From an uncultured delta proteobacterium (lineage in GTDB: Bacteria; Myxococcota_A; Polyangia; Fen-1088), in contig CAVYGB010000006.1 in assembly GCA_963767925.1 (NCBI GenBank), forward strand, positions 288,001 through 352,000: 64,000 nucleotides of DNA. Direction: 5' to 3'. Under the pieces are notes generated by a model. That model saw nothing but the letters and a program-made list of their open reading frames with translations, did not search any database and was not told the origin of the DNA. Made by a program: the position numbers and the translations under genes. Positions 9,691 to 19,732 of the stretch are shown here, piece after piece. How positions within the stretch are numbered: the first letter of the stretch is position 1; each line of letters opens with the position of its first letter.

Positions 9691-10635
9691 CTAGCGGCCG
9701 GCGATGGAGAGGCGATCGGTGCCGGGGAAGGTGGGCGGGACCGGGATGGTCACCGTGCCGGTGGCGGCCCACTGCACGCTGCGGGTGAAGACGGTGCGGA
9801 AGCCGACGCAGTCGAGGGCGTCGCTGTCGGCCTGATCCCGCCACTGGTGCCCCAGCATGGTGGTGACCACCTGGCCCTTGCCGAAGGGGATCACCCAGGT
9901 CATGGGCTCGTGCTGGCCGCTGCCGCCCCCCTCGACCGAGGAGAAGGCGCTGTCGAGGACGAGCATGTCGGCCGCCGGCCCGCGCTGGCCGTGCGAGAGC
10001 TGGTCCTTGCCGTGCAGCCACTCCGCGGGCAGGCCCGCCATGATCGGGTGCTGCGGCTGGCGGACCTTCACCTTGAAGACGTGGGAGGGCCCGTGCCCCG
10101 CCCCCAGCCCCTCCCCCTTCGGCGTGCGCACCGGCGCGCCGGTGGCGTCGTCGATGGTGAGGCGGTCGCCGTAGTCCGGCTTGCGCCAGCCGAGGCCGAT
10201 CATCCGGTTGAAGGCGGGCCACTCGGGGAAGGGGTTGTTGGCGGCGTGGACCATCACCGCCCCGCCACCGCCGGCGACGAAGGCCTCGAAGTCCCGCTGC
10301 ACCTCGGCCGGCCAGGCCTCGCCGTTGTAGTTGCTGACCACCACCTGGTGGGCGCGGAAGTCGGGACGGAAGCTCTGCCAGGCAGCGGGCGGGCTGCCCT
10401 TGTCCGGCGCGGTGGCCACCCGGGTCTCGAACAGCCCCGCCGCGGCCAGCGCCTGCTGCAGGCGCTCGGTGGTGCGGCGCCAGTCGTGGTTGTTCTGCCC
10501 GTCGACGATGAGCACCGCGATCGGCCGGGACGGCTCGACCGGGGCCGGGGGGGCGGCCGGCCCGCCCGTGGAGGCACAGGCCAGGCCCAGCAGGGAGAGC
10601 GGAAGGGCGAACCGGGCGGCGGCGCTGGCTTTCAC
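9691..10635 (-). CDS. ThuA-like domain lipoprotein
   Basis: Lipobox LGLAC; VLIVDGQNNHDW, VSNYNG, HAANN, HPIMAGLP, EPMTW and TMLGH motifs. Confidence 0.8.
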   Translation of the reverse strand: MKASAAARFALPLSLLGLACASTGGPAAPPAPVEPSRPIAVLIVDGQNNHDWRRTTERLQQALAAAGLFETRVATAPDKGSPPAAWQSFRPDFRAHQVVVSNYNGEAWPAEVQRDFEAFVAGGGGAVMVHAANNPFPEWPAFNRMIGLGWRKPDYGDRLTIDDATGAPVRTPKGEGLGAGHGPSHVFKVKVRQPQHPIMAGLPAEWLHGKDQLSHGQRGPAADMLVLDSAFSSVEGGGSGQHEPMTWVIPFGKGQVVTTMLGHQWRDQADSDALDCVGFRTVFTRSVQWAATGTVTIPVPPTFPGTDRLSIAGR

Positions 10636-10682
10636 GGGGGCCAGTCTACCCCCCGGCCGGGAGGCTGGGGCATACTCGGCGC

Positions 10683-11603
10683 ATGACCGCAAGCAAGGCC
10701 GCAGGTGTCACCCGGCGGCCGCTGGGCGCCACCGGCGTCGACGTGTCCATCCTCTGCCTCGGGGGCTACCACCTCGGCAACTTCGCCCGCCCGGAGGACT
10801 GCAGCCGGCTGGTGCACGAGGCCATGGACGCCGGCGTCGACTTCTTCGACAACGCCTGGGAGTACCACGGGGGCCGCAGCGAGGAGCGGCTGGGAGAGGC
10901 GCTCGTCGGCCGGCGCGACAAGGCCTTCGTGATGACGAAGGTCTGCACCCACGGCCGCGACAGGAAGGTGGCCATGCAGCAGCTCGAGGAGTCGCTGCGC
11001 CGCCTGCGCACCGACTACCTCGACCTGTGGCAGATCCACGAGTGCGTCTACCCGGACGAGCCGGCCAAGCACTTCGCCCCCGACGGCGCGGTGGAGGCGC
11101 TGACCCGGGCCAAGCAGCAGGGCAAGGTCCGCTTCGTCGGCTTCACCGGGCACAAGGACCCGGCCATCCACCTCGACATGCTGGCCCGGGGTTACCCCTT
11201 CGACGTCTGCCAGCTCCCGCTCAACTGCTTCGACCCCCACTTCCGCAGCTTCGAGCGCCAGGTCCTGCCGGAGCTGGCCCGCCAGAACATCGCCGCCCTC
11301 GGCATGAAGAGCATGGGCGGCGACGGCCAGCTCATCCGGGAGGGGGGCGTGCGCCCGGAGGACGCCCTCCGCTATGTGCTGAGCCTCCCGGTGGCCGCGC
11401 TGGTCAGCGGCATCGACACCCCCGAGGTGCTCCGCAAGAACCTGGCCCTCACCCGCGACTTCCAACCGCTGACCGACGCCGAGATGACCGACCTGCGCGC
11501 CCGCCACGCTGCCCGGGCCGGCGACGGCGCCCTGGAACAGTACAAGACCACCCGCAACTACGACGGCATCCCCGGCCAGCAACAACACGGCCTGCTGCCC
11601 TGA
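10683..11603 (+). CDS. Aldo/keto reductase
   Basis: RRPLGATG, FFDNAWEY, MTKV, SLRRLRTDYLDLWQIH and GKVRFVGFTGH motifs. Confidence 0.93.
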   Translation: MTASKAAGVTRRPLGATGVDVSILCLGGYHLGNFARPEDCSRLVHEAMDAGVDFFDNAWEYHGGRSEERLGEALVGRRDKAFVMTKVCTHGRDRKVAMQQLEESLRRLRTDYLDLWQIHECVYPDEPAKHFAPDGAVEALTRAKQQGKVRFVGFTGHKDPAIHLDMLARGYPFDVCQLPLNCFDPHFRSFERQVLPELARQNIAALGMKSMGGDGQLIREGGVRPEDALRYVLSLPVAALVSGIDTPEVLRKNLALTRDFQPLTDAEMTDLRARHAARAGDGALEQYKTTRNYDGIPGQQQHGLLP

Positions 11604-11621
11604 CGGCAGACCGCGGGCGGG

Positions 11622-12215
11622 TTAACGGCGGAAGGGGGGGCCGGCGGCGCGGCCGGCGTTGCGGGTGGGGGCGGGCTCGGCGCCGTCGGGGTCGAGGCGG
11701 TTGAGCCAGCGGACCGTCACCATGCGCAGCTTGATCTGGCGGGGAAACCGGGTCCGCACGAAGCGGCGCAGCTCCTGCACCGAGGCTCCCTCGCGCCGGC
11801 GCTCGAACAGCTCGTTCACGGCCGGAGGGACGGCGACGTTGGCCCGCGCCAGGTCGTTGAGCAAGACCAGCTCGGAGCTGGAGTGCAGGGCCCGCTGCAT
11901 GCCCGCCGGGCTGGTCGGCTCGGAGGTGGGGTTCTCCAGGGCGGCTGCCCCGATGCGGTCGGGGGCCGGACGGCCCCGGCGGGTCCGCGGGGGGAGCAGC
12001 TCGATCTGGGGCGCGGACGGCCGCCGCTCGATCTGGGCCCGGGTGGCCGCCGGAGGCATACCGTCCTCGCCGGACGTGTCCTCCGAGCCCCTGCCGGCTA
12101 TCCACAAGATGCCCGCGACGAGCACGAGCGATGCCCCGACGAGCAAGATTCCCGGCCGAAACCTCCGGCCGGCCCCCTGGCCGATGACCCTCGCGTGCGT
12201 GCGACCGCGTTCCAT
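11622..12215 (-). CDS. Hypothetical single-pass membrane protein
   Basis: AGGAG RBS before ATG 12215; one TM segment (ILLVGASLVLVAGILWIA), then a helical C-terminal domain. Confidence 0.55.
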   Translation of the reverse strand: MERGRTHARVIGQGAGRRFRPGILLVGASLVLVAGILWIAGRGSEDTSGEDGMPPAATRAQIERRPSAPQIELLPPRTRRGRPAPDRIGAAALENPTSEPTSPAGMQRALHSSSELVLLNDLARANVAVPPAVNELFERRREGASVQELRRFVRTRFPRQIKLRMVTVRWLNRLDPDGAEPAPTRNAGRAAGPPFRR

Positions 12216-12339
12216 GATGCTCCTGCTTTCTTGGAGGCCCTGCCGCAATGAGACGGGGTAAGCCGGAGGGTCGAGTTTCGCCAAACCACCCACATCCGCA
12301 AGGACAAAGCGGCGGGGTCCGGTTTCCCCGCACCTGTCT

Positions 12340-12791
12340 TTACACGACAGGCGGATTTGACACGCGTGCCCACCCTGACTCCCCCGGAAGGCGCCCCGCC
12401 GGAGAAGTGTGACGGGAGCCTACACGACGAGACGCTGCATGTCGCGCGCGGGACACCGCCAGCAGCTCTTCCCCGGCGGGCGTCTCGTCGGGCGGGTCGA
12501 GCCAGGCCCGCGGCTCCCAGCGCCGCCGGCGCTTGAGGTGCTCGCTGGCGACCTTGAAGGCGATGCCGCCCAGCCAGGGTCGCAGCGGCCGCCCGGGGTC
12601 GTAGGCGCCCAGCGCCGCCAGGTCACCAGGAACACGTCCTGGGCCAGGTCCTCGGCGTCCGAGGGGCTGACGCCGTGGCGCAGGAGGGCCCGGTGGACGT
12701 AATCGAGCTCGTCCTCGAAGGCGCGCACGCAGGCCGCCGCCGCCGACCGTGTCGCCGCGTCGCCCCGCGGGCTGGTGCCTGCTCGCCGCAT
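12340..12791 (-). pseudogene. Truncated, frameshifted ECF sigma factor (region 2 only)
   Basis: FEDELDYVHRALLRHGVSPSDAEDLAQDVFLVTWRRW, then one G missing at about 12610. The shifted frame gives GAYDPGRPLRPWLGGIAFKVASEH and ends at TAA 12340 with no region-4 HTH. Confidence 0.7.
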
Positions 12792-12829
12792 GATCGCCGT
12801 CTCTCTATAAGTGGCGGGGCCCCCAGCTT

Positions 12830-14215
12830 TCACGTCGGCGGCGTGACGACGATCTGCACCCGGTTGCCGTCGACGACACATCGACGCAGGACGTCCACCA
12901 CGTCCTTGCGCGAATACCGCGCCGCCTCGCTGGCGGTCTTGCCGAGGTCGGCGCGCTTCTGCCCGCGGTTGTCGAAGCCCTCGAGCGCGCTGGCCCAGTG
13001 GGCCGCCTTGAGCTCGGCGGCCCGGGCCTCCGCCTGCAGCTCGGTGCGCGCCGCCGCCAGCTCCGCGGCGTCCGGTCCCTGCCTGGCCAGCCGCTCGACA
13101 AGGGCGCGCGCCTGGCGGGCCACCTCCGCCGCCCGGGCCGGCTCCACCTGCAAGGTGGCCCCCAGCCAGCGGCGCCCGGGAAACCCGGGCGGCAGCACCA
13201 CGGCGACGTCGACCCCGGGCTGCAGGTCGCGGGCCAGCCGGGCGCGCAAGATCCGGCCGGCGACCTGCAGGACCCGCTCGCCCCGCCCGTCGATCTGCGC
13301 CGGCACCCGCCAGCCGACCCGCACCCGCGCGCCCGAGCCGGCGCCCGTATCGGCGACGGTGACGGCCTGCTCGCGGGGCCCGGGGGCGGCCACCCGCTCG
13401 CGCCGGGCGGTGAGCTGAGAGTCGCGCAGCTTGCGCCGCGGGACCGACCCGAAGTACTTGAGCCCGAGCGCCAGCAGGTCGTCTCGCGGCAGGTTCGCCG
13501 CCAGCGCCACCTCGAGCGGCGCCTCGCGGACCTCGGTCTCCAGCCAGGCCTGCGCCGCCGCCAGGGTCAGCCGATCGATCTGCTCGGCGGTGGGTGGCCG
13601 GGCCGCCTCCCCCTCGGGCGCGAGCGCGGCGGCCGTGCTGGCCTCGAGCTGCTGGGCGGCGTCCTTGTCGAACGTGCGGGCCCGGGCGACGGCCTGGCTC
13701 TTCCACACCCGGAAGGCCTCCTCGTCGAGGCGGCCCTCGGTCAGCAGCAGGTGGCCGAGGCGCAGGGCCTCCTCGAGCTGGGCCTGACTGGTGCCGATCC
13801 GCAGGACGAGGGCGTCGGCCGCCCCTTCGCCGCTGGTGGTGACGTGCTTGCCGCGGAAGTGCTCGCGGATGGCCGCCGCCGGCAGGCGGGCGCTGTGGGG
13901 GTGGGAGAAGGCGACCGCGGCGGCGTCGGCGATGCCCCGGTTGGCGTCGGTCTCGCGCAGCTCACCCCCGGCCAGCACCACGCTGACCGAGACGGCCCCG
14001 TCGGGATTGGCGATGCTGCGCGCGTGCACCCGCACGCCGTTGGCCCCGGTGGCCGAGGCCAGCCCCAGCGCGTTGACGTCCTCGCGCACCACCACCCCGG
14101 AGGCGGGGGGATTCTTGGCCAGCAGGTCGGCCGCGCCGGCGGCGGGGGCCGGCAGCAGCGCCAGGGCCCAGGCCAGCACCGGCCACGGGGTTCTCGGCAA
14201 GCTCGTGGGTCGCAT
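12830..14215 (-). CDS. Secreted M16 (insulinase)-family protein, likely non-catalytic
   Basis: Signal peptide; ANGVRV, LAGGELRET..RG, LGLKYFGS; no HxxEH motif. Confidence 0.7.
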   Translation of the reverse strand: MRPTSLPRTPWPVLAWALALLPAPAAGAADLLAKNPPASGVVVREDVNALGLASATGANGVRVHARSIANPDGAVSVSVVLAGGELRETDANRGIADAAAVAFSHPHSARLPAAAIREHFRGKHVTTSGEGAADALVLRIGTSQAQLEEALRLGHLLLTEGRLDEEAFRVWKSQAVARARTFDKDAAQQLEASTAAALAPEGEAARPPTAEQIDRLTLAAAQAWLETEVREAPLEVALAANLPRDDLLALGLKYFGSVPRRKLRDSQLTARRERVAAPGPREQAVTVADTGAGSGARVRVGWRVPAQIDGRGERVLQVAGRILRARLARDLQPGVDVAVVLPPGFPGRRWLGATLQVEPARAAEVARQARALVERLARQGPDAAELAAARTELQAEARAAELKAAHWASALEGFDNRGQKRADLGKTASEAARYSRKDVVDVLRRCVVDGNRVQIVVTPPT

Positions 14216-14293
14216 GGGGGGCCGAGTCTAGCCGGATCCGGAAAAGCAGGCGGAAGGGAGAAAGCGGGGGGGGCCTGGTGGTATCTTCCGCCC

Positions 14294-15058
14294 ATGCGAA
14301 GCGCGCTCTGCACGTTGGTGTTCGCGACCGTGTCGCTGGTGGGCTCGGTCCGCAGCCAGGCCGCCGAACCGGCTACCTCGGCCAAGGCGACCTCGCCCCG
14401 CAAGGCGGTCACCCTGTTCAACGGCAAGGACCTGGCCGGATGGCGGACCGACGTCCCCGCCAAGGACACCGATCCCAGGACGCCCGACAGCTTCGTCGTG
14501 CGCAACGGGTTGCTGGTCAGCCTCGGCAACCCCAAGGGGCACCTCATCACCGACGCCAGCTACCGCGACTACCGCCTCGAGGTGGAGTACCGCTTCCCCG
14601 GCGCGGGGGGCAACTGCGGGGTGCTGGTGCACGCCTCGACCCCCCGGGCGCTGTACAAGATGTTCCCGAAGTCGATCGAGGTGCAGATGAAGAGCGGCGA
14701 CGCCGGAGACTTCTGGGTCATCGCCGAGGACATCCAGGCGCCCGACATGGAGACCCGCCGGCCCCGCAAGGACGGTCAGAAGTGGGGCGGCACCGAGGCC
14801 GACGCCCGCCGCATCATCAACCTCACCGACGACTCGGAGAAGCCCCTCGGGCAGTGGAACAACATGGTGGTCGAGGCCCGCGCCGACACGATCAAGGTCT
14901 GGGTCAACGGCCACCTGGTCAACGAAGGGACCGGGGCCACCGCCAGCAGCGGACAGATCGCCCTGCAGGCCGAGGGGACCGAGGTCGAGTTCCGCAAGGT
15001 CGAGATCGGCCCCCTGCCCAAGGCCACCGCCAAGCCAGCCAAGCAAGCCAGCAACTGA
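14294..15058 (+). CDS. DUF1080 / 3-keto-disaccharide hydrolase family, secreted
   Basis: Signal peptide from ATG 14294; LFNGKDLAGW, GNCGV, IEVQ, GQWN, VWVNG, GQIALQAEG and FRKV motifs. Confidence 0.9.
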   Translation: MRSALCTLVFATVSLVGSVRSQAAEPATSAKATSPRKAVTLFNGKDLAGWRTDVPAKDTDPRTPDSFVVRNGLLVSLGNPKGHLITDASYRDYRLEVEYRFPGAGGNCGVLVHASTPRALYKMFPKSIEVQMKSGDAGDFWVIAEDIQAPDMETRRPRKDGQKWGGTEADARRIINLTDDSEKPLGQWNNMVVEARADTIKVWVNGHLVNEGTGATASSGQIALQAEGTEVEFRKVEIGPLPKATAKPAKQASN

Positions 15059-15088
15059 CCGCCGCCGCCCGGACGGGCCGAGCGGAGT

Positions 15089-15264
15089 CCCCTCACCCCC
15101 TTTCTCTCCCCGCTGCGCGGGGCGAGGGCGAACGCTCGGCGAGGTGCCTGGATCAGCTTCCAGGCCGACTCTGCCGCGGCTCGCGGCTTGCTCGAGATCC
15201 CCGCTCCCCCATTGCCCGTTCGCCCTCGCCCCGCGGCAGCGGGGAGAGGGAGGGGTGAGGGGTC
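15089..15264. repeat. Inverted pair of BoxC/REP-like repeats (copies 2 and 3)
   Basis: 15089-15133 is the reverse complement, and 15218-15264 a forward copy, of the repeat at 6257; the pair lies between convergent genes. Confidence 0.85.
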
Positions 15265-15277
15265 TGCGGCGGTGTGA

Positions 15278-16165
15278 TCAGAGGGCGGCGAAGAAGGCCG
15301 CGGGGTCGCTGGCGGCGGGGAGGTGGCGGCCGCCGGGGTAGGCGGGCTCGAGCCGGCCGTCGCGGAAGCGGCGCACGCCGTACAGCGTGGCGAAGCTGAA
15401 GTCGGGGGCCGCCTCGCCCTGGCCGCCCACGATCTCGCCGCCCCGGCGCACGTTGTCCTGCATCCAGGCTGGCATGCGCAGGTGGTAGGGGTTGCGCAGC
15501 ACCTCGCCGGCGTGAAAGGAGGTCGCCGCCACCAGGTCGGCCACGTCCTCGACGCTCGACTCGACGGTGAGGTTGGGCGCGGGCATGGCGCCCCAATATT
15601 CGGTCTCCACCACCGCCCCGGGGAAGGTCGCGCCCAGCCGGGCCAGCGCGTCCAGCACCAGGAAGTGGGTGCCGATGTGGGTGATGTTCCAGTCGCCGGC
15701 GTGGGGGAGAAAGACGATCGCCGGATCGTGCTCGCGCAGCAGGGCCGCGATCCGGTCGACCGCGCTCTGCCAGTGAACCGGATCCTGCTCGCGGGTGCGG
15801 GGGTTGATCCGCTCGAGGCCTCCGGGAACGGTGGTCAGCACCTCGAAGCCGAGGTGGTCGCAGGCCCCGCGCAGCTCGGCCAGCCGGGGGCCCTGGCGGT
15901 CCTTGCGGCTGCCCTGGGTCACCGCCACGTCGGCCACCCGCGCGCCCGCCTGGCGCAGCAGGCGCAGGGGCAGGCCGCCCACCAGGCACTCGTCGTCGGG
16001 GTGCGGGGCGAAGATCAGGACCCGCGGTCCGCCGGCGGCAGCGACAGCGGCCTCCGCGGGGGCGGCGACCGGCAGGCCGCCGAGCGGGAGAGCCCGCCCC
16101 TCCTGCATGAGGCGGACGTGTTCGGCCACCCAGCGCAGGTAGGGGTTGTCGCCGGCGGGCTTCAC
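15278..16165 (-). CDS. PIG-L/LmbE family N-deacetylase
   Basis: APHPDDE, VTQG, RLAELRGAC and PHAGDWNITH motifs; start overlaps the ROK gene stop. Confidence 0.88.
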   Translation of the reverse strand: MKPAGDNPYLRWVAEHVRLMQEGRALPLGGLPVAAPAEAAVAAAGGPRVLIFAPHPDDECLVGGLPLRLLRQAGARVADVAVTQGSRKDRQGPRLAELRGACDHLGFEVLTTVPGGLERINPRTREQDPVHWQSAVDRIAALLREHDPAIVFLPHAGDWNITHIGTHFLVLDALARLGATFPGAVVETEYWGAMPAPNLTVESSVEDVADLVAATSFHAGEVLRNPYHLRMPAWMQDNVRRGGEIVGGQGEAAPDFSFATLYGVRRFRDGRLEPAYPGGRHLPAASDPAAFFAAL

Positions 16166-17583
16166 GCCGCCACCGGGGCCAGCGCGGGCAAGCTGGCGGC
16201 GGCGATGGCCTGGCCGTGGCGCTTGTTCTTCTCGTCGGGCATGTGAAAGCGGATGGTCTGGGCCAGCTCGGGGAAGTCGACCCGCAGGACCTCCGCCGCG
16301 GTGTCGCGCAGGATGGTCCCGCCCGCTCCCGAGGTCACGCGGCCGAGGACCAGCACGTGGCGGATGGGATAATAGCCGGCAAAGTGCGCCACCGCGTAGC
16401 CGAGGTAGGTCCCCAGGGTCTGGTAGATGCGGGCGGCCCGCGCGTCCCCCTCGGCCATCAGCCCCTGCACCACCTTGAGGCGCTCGGGCAACGGCAGGGC
16501 GTCGTCGACCGCGATCCCGGCCGGGGCCAGCAGCCGCCCCACCGCCTGCTGCGACAGGTACTGCACGCCGCAGCCCCGGTCACCCGACCACTCGTCGCGG
16601 GGGGCCTGGGGGTGGAAGTCGACCGGCACGAAGGCCAGCTCGTTGAGCCAGGAGGTGATGTTTCCCTCGGGCGTGACGTAGCCGGCGGCGGTGCTGGTCC
16701 CGAGGGCGATGCCCAGCACGGCGTTGTCGTGCAGGGCCATCGATCCGGCCAGGGCCGTCACCTCGCCATCGTTGACCACCTCGAAGGGCAGGTCGTGCCA
16801 GCGGCGCCGGATCTCGAGGAACAGGTCCTTCACCTCGCCCTCGAAGCGATCGCGGGGGACGCCCCGGAACAGCGAGGCCACCTTGACCTGGCCGTTGACG
16901 TAGACCCCGGCCGCGCAGCCGCCGATGGCGTCAACCCGCGGCAAATGGGCCGCCGCCCGCTGCAGCGACTCCTCGATGCCGCGCAGGTGGTAGCCGGGAT
17001 CGCCCTGCGGGTAGGGATCCCACTCCACCTCCTCGCTCCACACCACCTCGCCGTCGATGACGGCGGCGGCCTTGCGGTCGCTGCCCCCCAGATCGAAGCC
17101 GATCCGGCAGCCCTCGAGGTGACGGCCCAGGGGGGTGGTGCGGGCCCGCTCGGGCGGCAGCTCGCGGCTGGCCACCACCTCGAGCGGGCGGCCGAAGATC
17201 CGCTGGCCCACCGTCTCCGAATCGAAGCGACCGGTTTCGCTGTCGCGGTAGTGGGCGGCGAGCTGGGCGGCCAGCGCGGGCGGGCCGTCGAGGTGGAAAC
17301 GGAACCCGCCCCGCGACCAGAGGGCCAGCTTGGCCAGCCGCTCGAGGTGAACGAAGTTGGCAGCCGCCTCCGGGTGGGCCGCGGGCAGCAGCTCGGTCTC
17401 GAAGTGAAACACCGAGCCGTCGGTCTGCTCGAGCGCCAGGCGCACCGGCTGGCCGCCGGCCAGGGCCCGGACCTTCCGGCGGAAGGCGCGCGTGCTGAGC
17501 GCCGCCGGGCGGAAGCGGGCATCGAGGCTGGGAATCACGCCGGGGGCGGCGAGCGCCAGGCCCCGGTCTTCATCTTGGGACAT
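16162..17583 (-). CDS. ROK family sugar kinase-like protein
   Basis: IGFDLGGSDRK, VVNDGEVTAL, GIALGTSTAAG, NELAF and VLGRVTSG motifs. Confidence 0.85.
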   Translation of the reverse strand: MSQDEDRGLALAAPGVIPSLDARFRPAALSTRAFRRKVRALAGGQPVRLALEQTDGSVFHFETELLPAAHPEAAANFVHLERLAKLALWSRGGFRFHLDGPPALAAQLAAHYRDSETGRFDSETVGQRIFGRPLEVVASRELPPERARTTPLGRHLEGCRIGFDLGGSDRKAAAVIDGEVVWSEEVEWDPYPQGDPGYHLRGIEESLQRAAAHLPRVDAIGGCAAGVYVNGQVKVASLFRGVPRDRFEGEVKDLFLEIRRRWHDLPFEVVNDGEVTALAGSMALHDNAVLGIALGTSTAAGYVTPEGNITSWLNELAFVPVDFHPQAPRDEWSGDRGCGVQYLSQQAVGRLLAPAGIAVDDALPLPERLKVVQGLMAEGDARAARIYQTLGTYLGYAVAHFAGYYPIRHVLVLGRVTSGAGGTILRDTAAEVLRVDFPELAQTIRFHMPDEKNKRHGQAIAAASLPALAPVAA

Positions 17584-17719
17584 CGACCGGGCATTTGTAG
17601 GCGAGCGGGTGGGCCCCCTTCAAGCGCCGCCCGGCCCTGGCCCCGGTTCGGGCACACGTGTTGATTGGAATGCGCAAGGGCCCGCGCCTTCGTGACCCTG
17701 ACACCCGGAGCCGCAGGGC

Positions 17720-19504
17720 TCAGGACTGGGGGGTGGCCGGGCGTGCGAGCAGGTGGAGGATGGCGTCGACGTCGACCGGCTTCACCAGGTGCTCGTCGAA
17801 GCCGACCGCCAGCGAACGTTTCCGGTCGGACTCCTGCCCGAACCCGCTGACCGCCACCAAACGGATCTTCCCCTTGCCGAGCCGCTTGCGGATCTCGGTG
17901 GCGACGCCGTAACCGTCGAGCTTGGGCAGGCCGATGTCGACGATGGCCAGGTCGGGCTGGCAGCGGGCGATCAGCTCCACGCCCGCGAGGCCATCGCCCG
18001 CCACCTCGACCTTGTGGCCCCAGCTGCTGAGCAGCTCGGACATGGTCTCGCGGATGTCGGGGTTGTCGTCGACCAGCGCGATGACGAGGGGGCGGTCGCC
18101 CGCGCCCGGCGCGGCCGGGGCGCTCGGCTCGACGGTCATCGCCGCCAGCCGGCTTGGGCTGCCCACCGGCACCCAGAGCGTGAAGGTCGCGCCGAGCCCG
18201 GGGCCCTCGCTGTGAGCCTGCACCCGGCCACCGTGCAGGACCACCAGGCGCTGCACCAGGGTGAGGCCCAGGCCCAGCCCGCCCCCGCCCTCCTGCTCCT
18301 GGATGAACATGCCGAAGATGCGCGGCATGACATCGGCGGCGATACCCCGGCCGTTGTCGGTGACCTGGATCCGGATCTCGTCGCGCTGGGCCCCCGCCTG
18401 CAGGGTGATCTGCCCGCCCGGCTCGGTGTAGCGGATGGCGTTGTTGAGCAGGTTGGCGATGACCTGGGTCAGGCGCACGCCGTCGGCCACCAGGGCCACC
18501 GGGTCGGGGGGCAGGTCGAGCGTGAGGGCGTGGCCCCGCTCCTCCAGGGCCGGCCGCACGGTGGCCACCGCCTGCTCGATCACGTCGCGCAGCTCGACCG
18601 TCTCCTTGCGCAGCTCGATCTTGCCCGAGCTGATGCGCTGGACGTCGAGCAGGTCGTCGACGAGGCGGTTGAGGTGCTTGAGCTGGCGACCCATGGCCTG
18701 CCGGGTGCGGTGCAGGCGGATGGCGTCGACCGGGGTGGCGTTGAGGCCACTCTTGAGGATCTCCAGGCCCGCCATCAGCGGGGCCAGCGGGTTGCGCAGC
18801 TCGTGGCCCAGCACCGCCAGGAACTCGTCCTTGCGCCGGTCGGCCGCCTCGAGCGCGCGGTTGAGGAGGATGAGCTCGCTCTCGACCCGGTCCTTCTGCT
18901 CGATGGTGGCGGCCAGCTCCTGGGCCTTGAGGGCCAGGGCCTCGGCCGCCCGCCGGGCCTCGTCGCGCTGGCCGCGCAGCGACTCCTCTTGCCAGCGGCG
19001 CCGCTCCTCCTGCAGCCGCTGCTCGTGCAGGAGCTGCTGCTCGGAGCGGAGGATCTCGATCTGGCGGGCCACCTCGTCGGTGCGCCGGGCGAGCTCGACG
19101 AACACCGCCACCTTGGCCCGCAACACGCGGGGCACGATGGGCTTGAGCAGGAAGTCCACCGCGCCGAGCTCGTAGCCGGCCAGCACCTCCTGCTCGCTGC
19201 GGGGATAAGCGGTCAGAAAGATGATGGGCGTGTGCCGGCAGGACTTGCCCGCCCGGATGAGGCGGGCGGTGGCGAAGCCGTCGAGCGTCGGCATGTTGAC
19301 GTCGATCAACATGACGGCGCAGGGCCGCTCGGCGGCGCGCTCGACCGCCTCCCGGCCGGACTGAGCGCAGATCACCTCGCTGCCCAGTCCCTCCAGCGCG
19401 GCCTTTATGGCGATCAGGTTGGCCGCGTTGTCGTCGACCAGGAGGATGTCACCCGAGCTCGCAGCTACATCAGACGCCATCATTGGATCCGCTGTACGCA
19501 CCAT
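17720..19504 (-). CDS. Cytoplasmic hybrid histidine kinase (REC-coiled coil-HisKA-HATPase-REC)
   Basis: [42 protein letters not shown]-terminal LVDDN..VDIGLP..LVKP. The start may instead be 19483 or 19480. Confidence 0.93.
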   Translation of the reverse strand: MVRTADPMMASDVAASSGDILLVDDNAANLIAIKAALEGLGSEVICAQSGREAVERAAERPCAVMLIDVNMPTLDGFATARLIRAGKSCRHTPIIFLTAYPRSEQEVLAGYELGAVDFLLKPIVPRVLRAKVAVFVELARRTDEVARQIEILRSEQQLLHEQRLQEERRRWQEESLRGQRDEARRAAEALALKAQELAATIEQKDRVESELILLNRALEAADRRKDEFLAVLGHELRNPLAPLMAGLEILKSGLNATPVDAIRLHRTRQAMGRQLKHLNRLVDDLLDVQRISSGKIELRKETVELRDVIEQAVATVRPALEERGHALTLDLPPDPVALVADGVRLTQVIANLLNNAIRYTEPGGQITLQAGAQRDEIRIQVTDNGRGIAADVMPRIFGMFIQEQEGGGGLGLGLTLVQRLVVLHGGRVQAHSEGPGLGATFTLWVPVGSPSRLAAMTVEPSAPAAPGAGDRPLVIALVDDNPDIRETMSELLSSWGHKVEVAGDGLAGVELIARCQPDLAIVDIGLPKLDGYGVATEIRKRLGKGKIRLVAVSGFGQESDRKRSLAVGFDEHLVKPVDVDAILHLLARPATPQS

Positions 19505-19732
19505 CCAGGGGGCGGCTACTCCGAAGGAAAACTATGTACGGATCCCCGCCAGGACGCCAGCAGCAACCGCCCCCCGTCTGCCAGAGATCAGCCGAATGTT
19601 GTACAGGATCCTCCCGAGCCCGCGGCCGTCCCGAGGTGCGAAGCCGCCGCCGGCGCAGCGGCGGGCCACGAAAGGCGGCGGTCCGGCAAGAAGGGCAGGC
19701 CAGGCGGGCCACCGGGGGCCCACCGCCTCACC

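Noticed and set aside
8783..10222. 479-aa ORF as given in the track, and similarly extended ORFs 25068-27272, 12998-15058 and 50627-52156
   Set aside because: The N-terminal extensions overlap real neighbouring genes in another frame; true starts are internal
19508..19611. Structured leader, or a fourth partial copy (CGGCTACTCCGAA) of the CTAG repeat, upstream of the hybrid kinase
   Set aside because: Only a 12/13-nt match without the hairpin core; could be chance in GC-rich DNA
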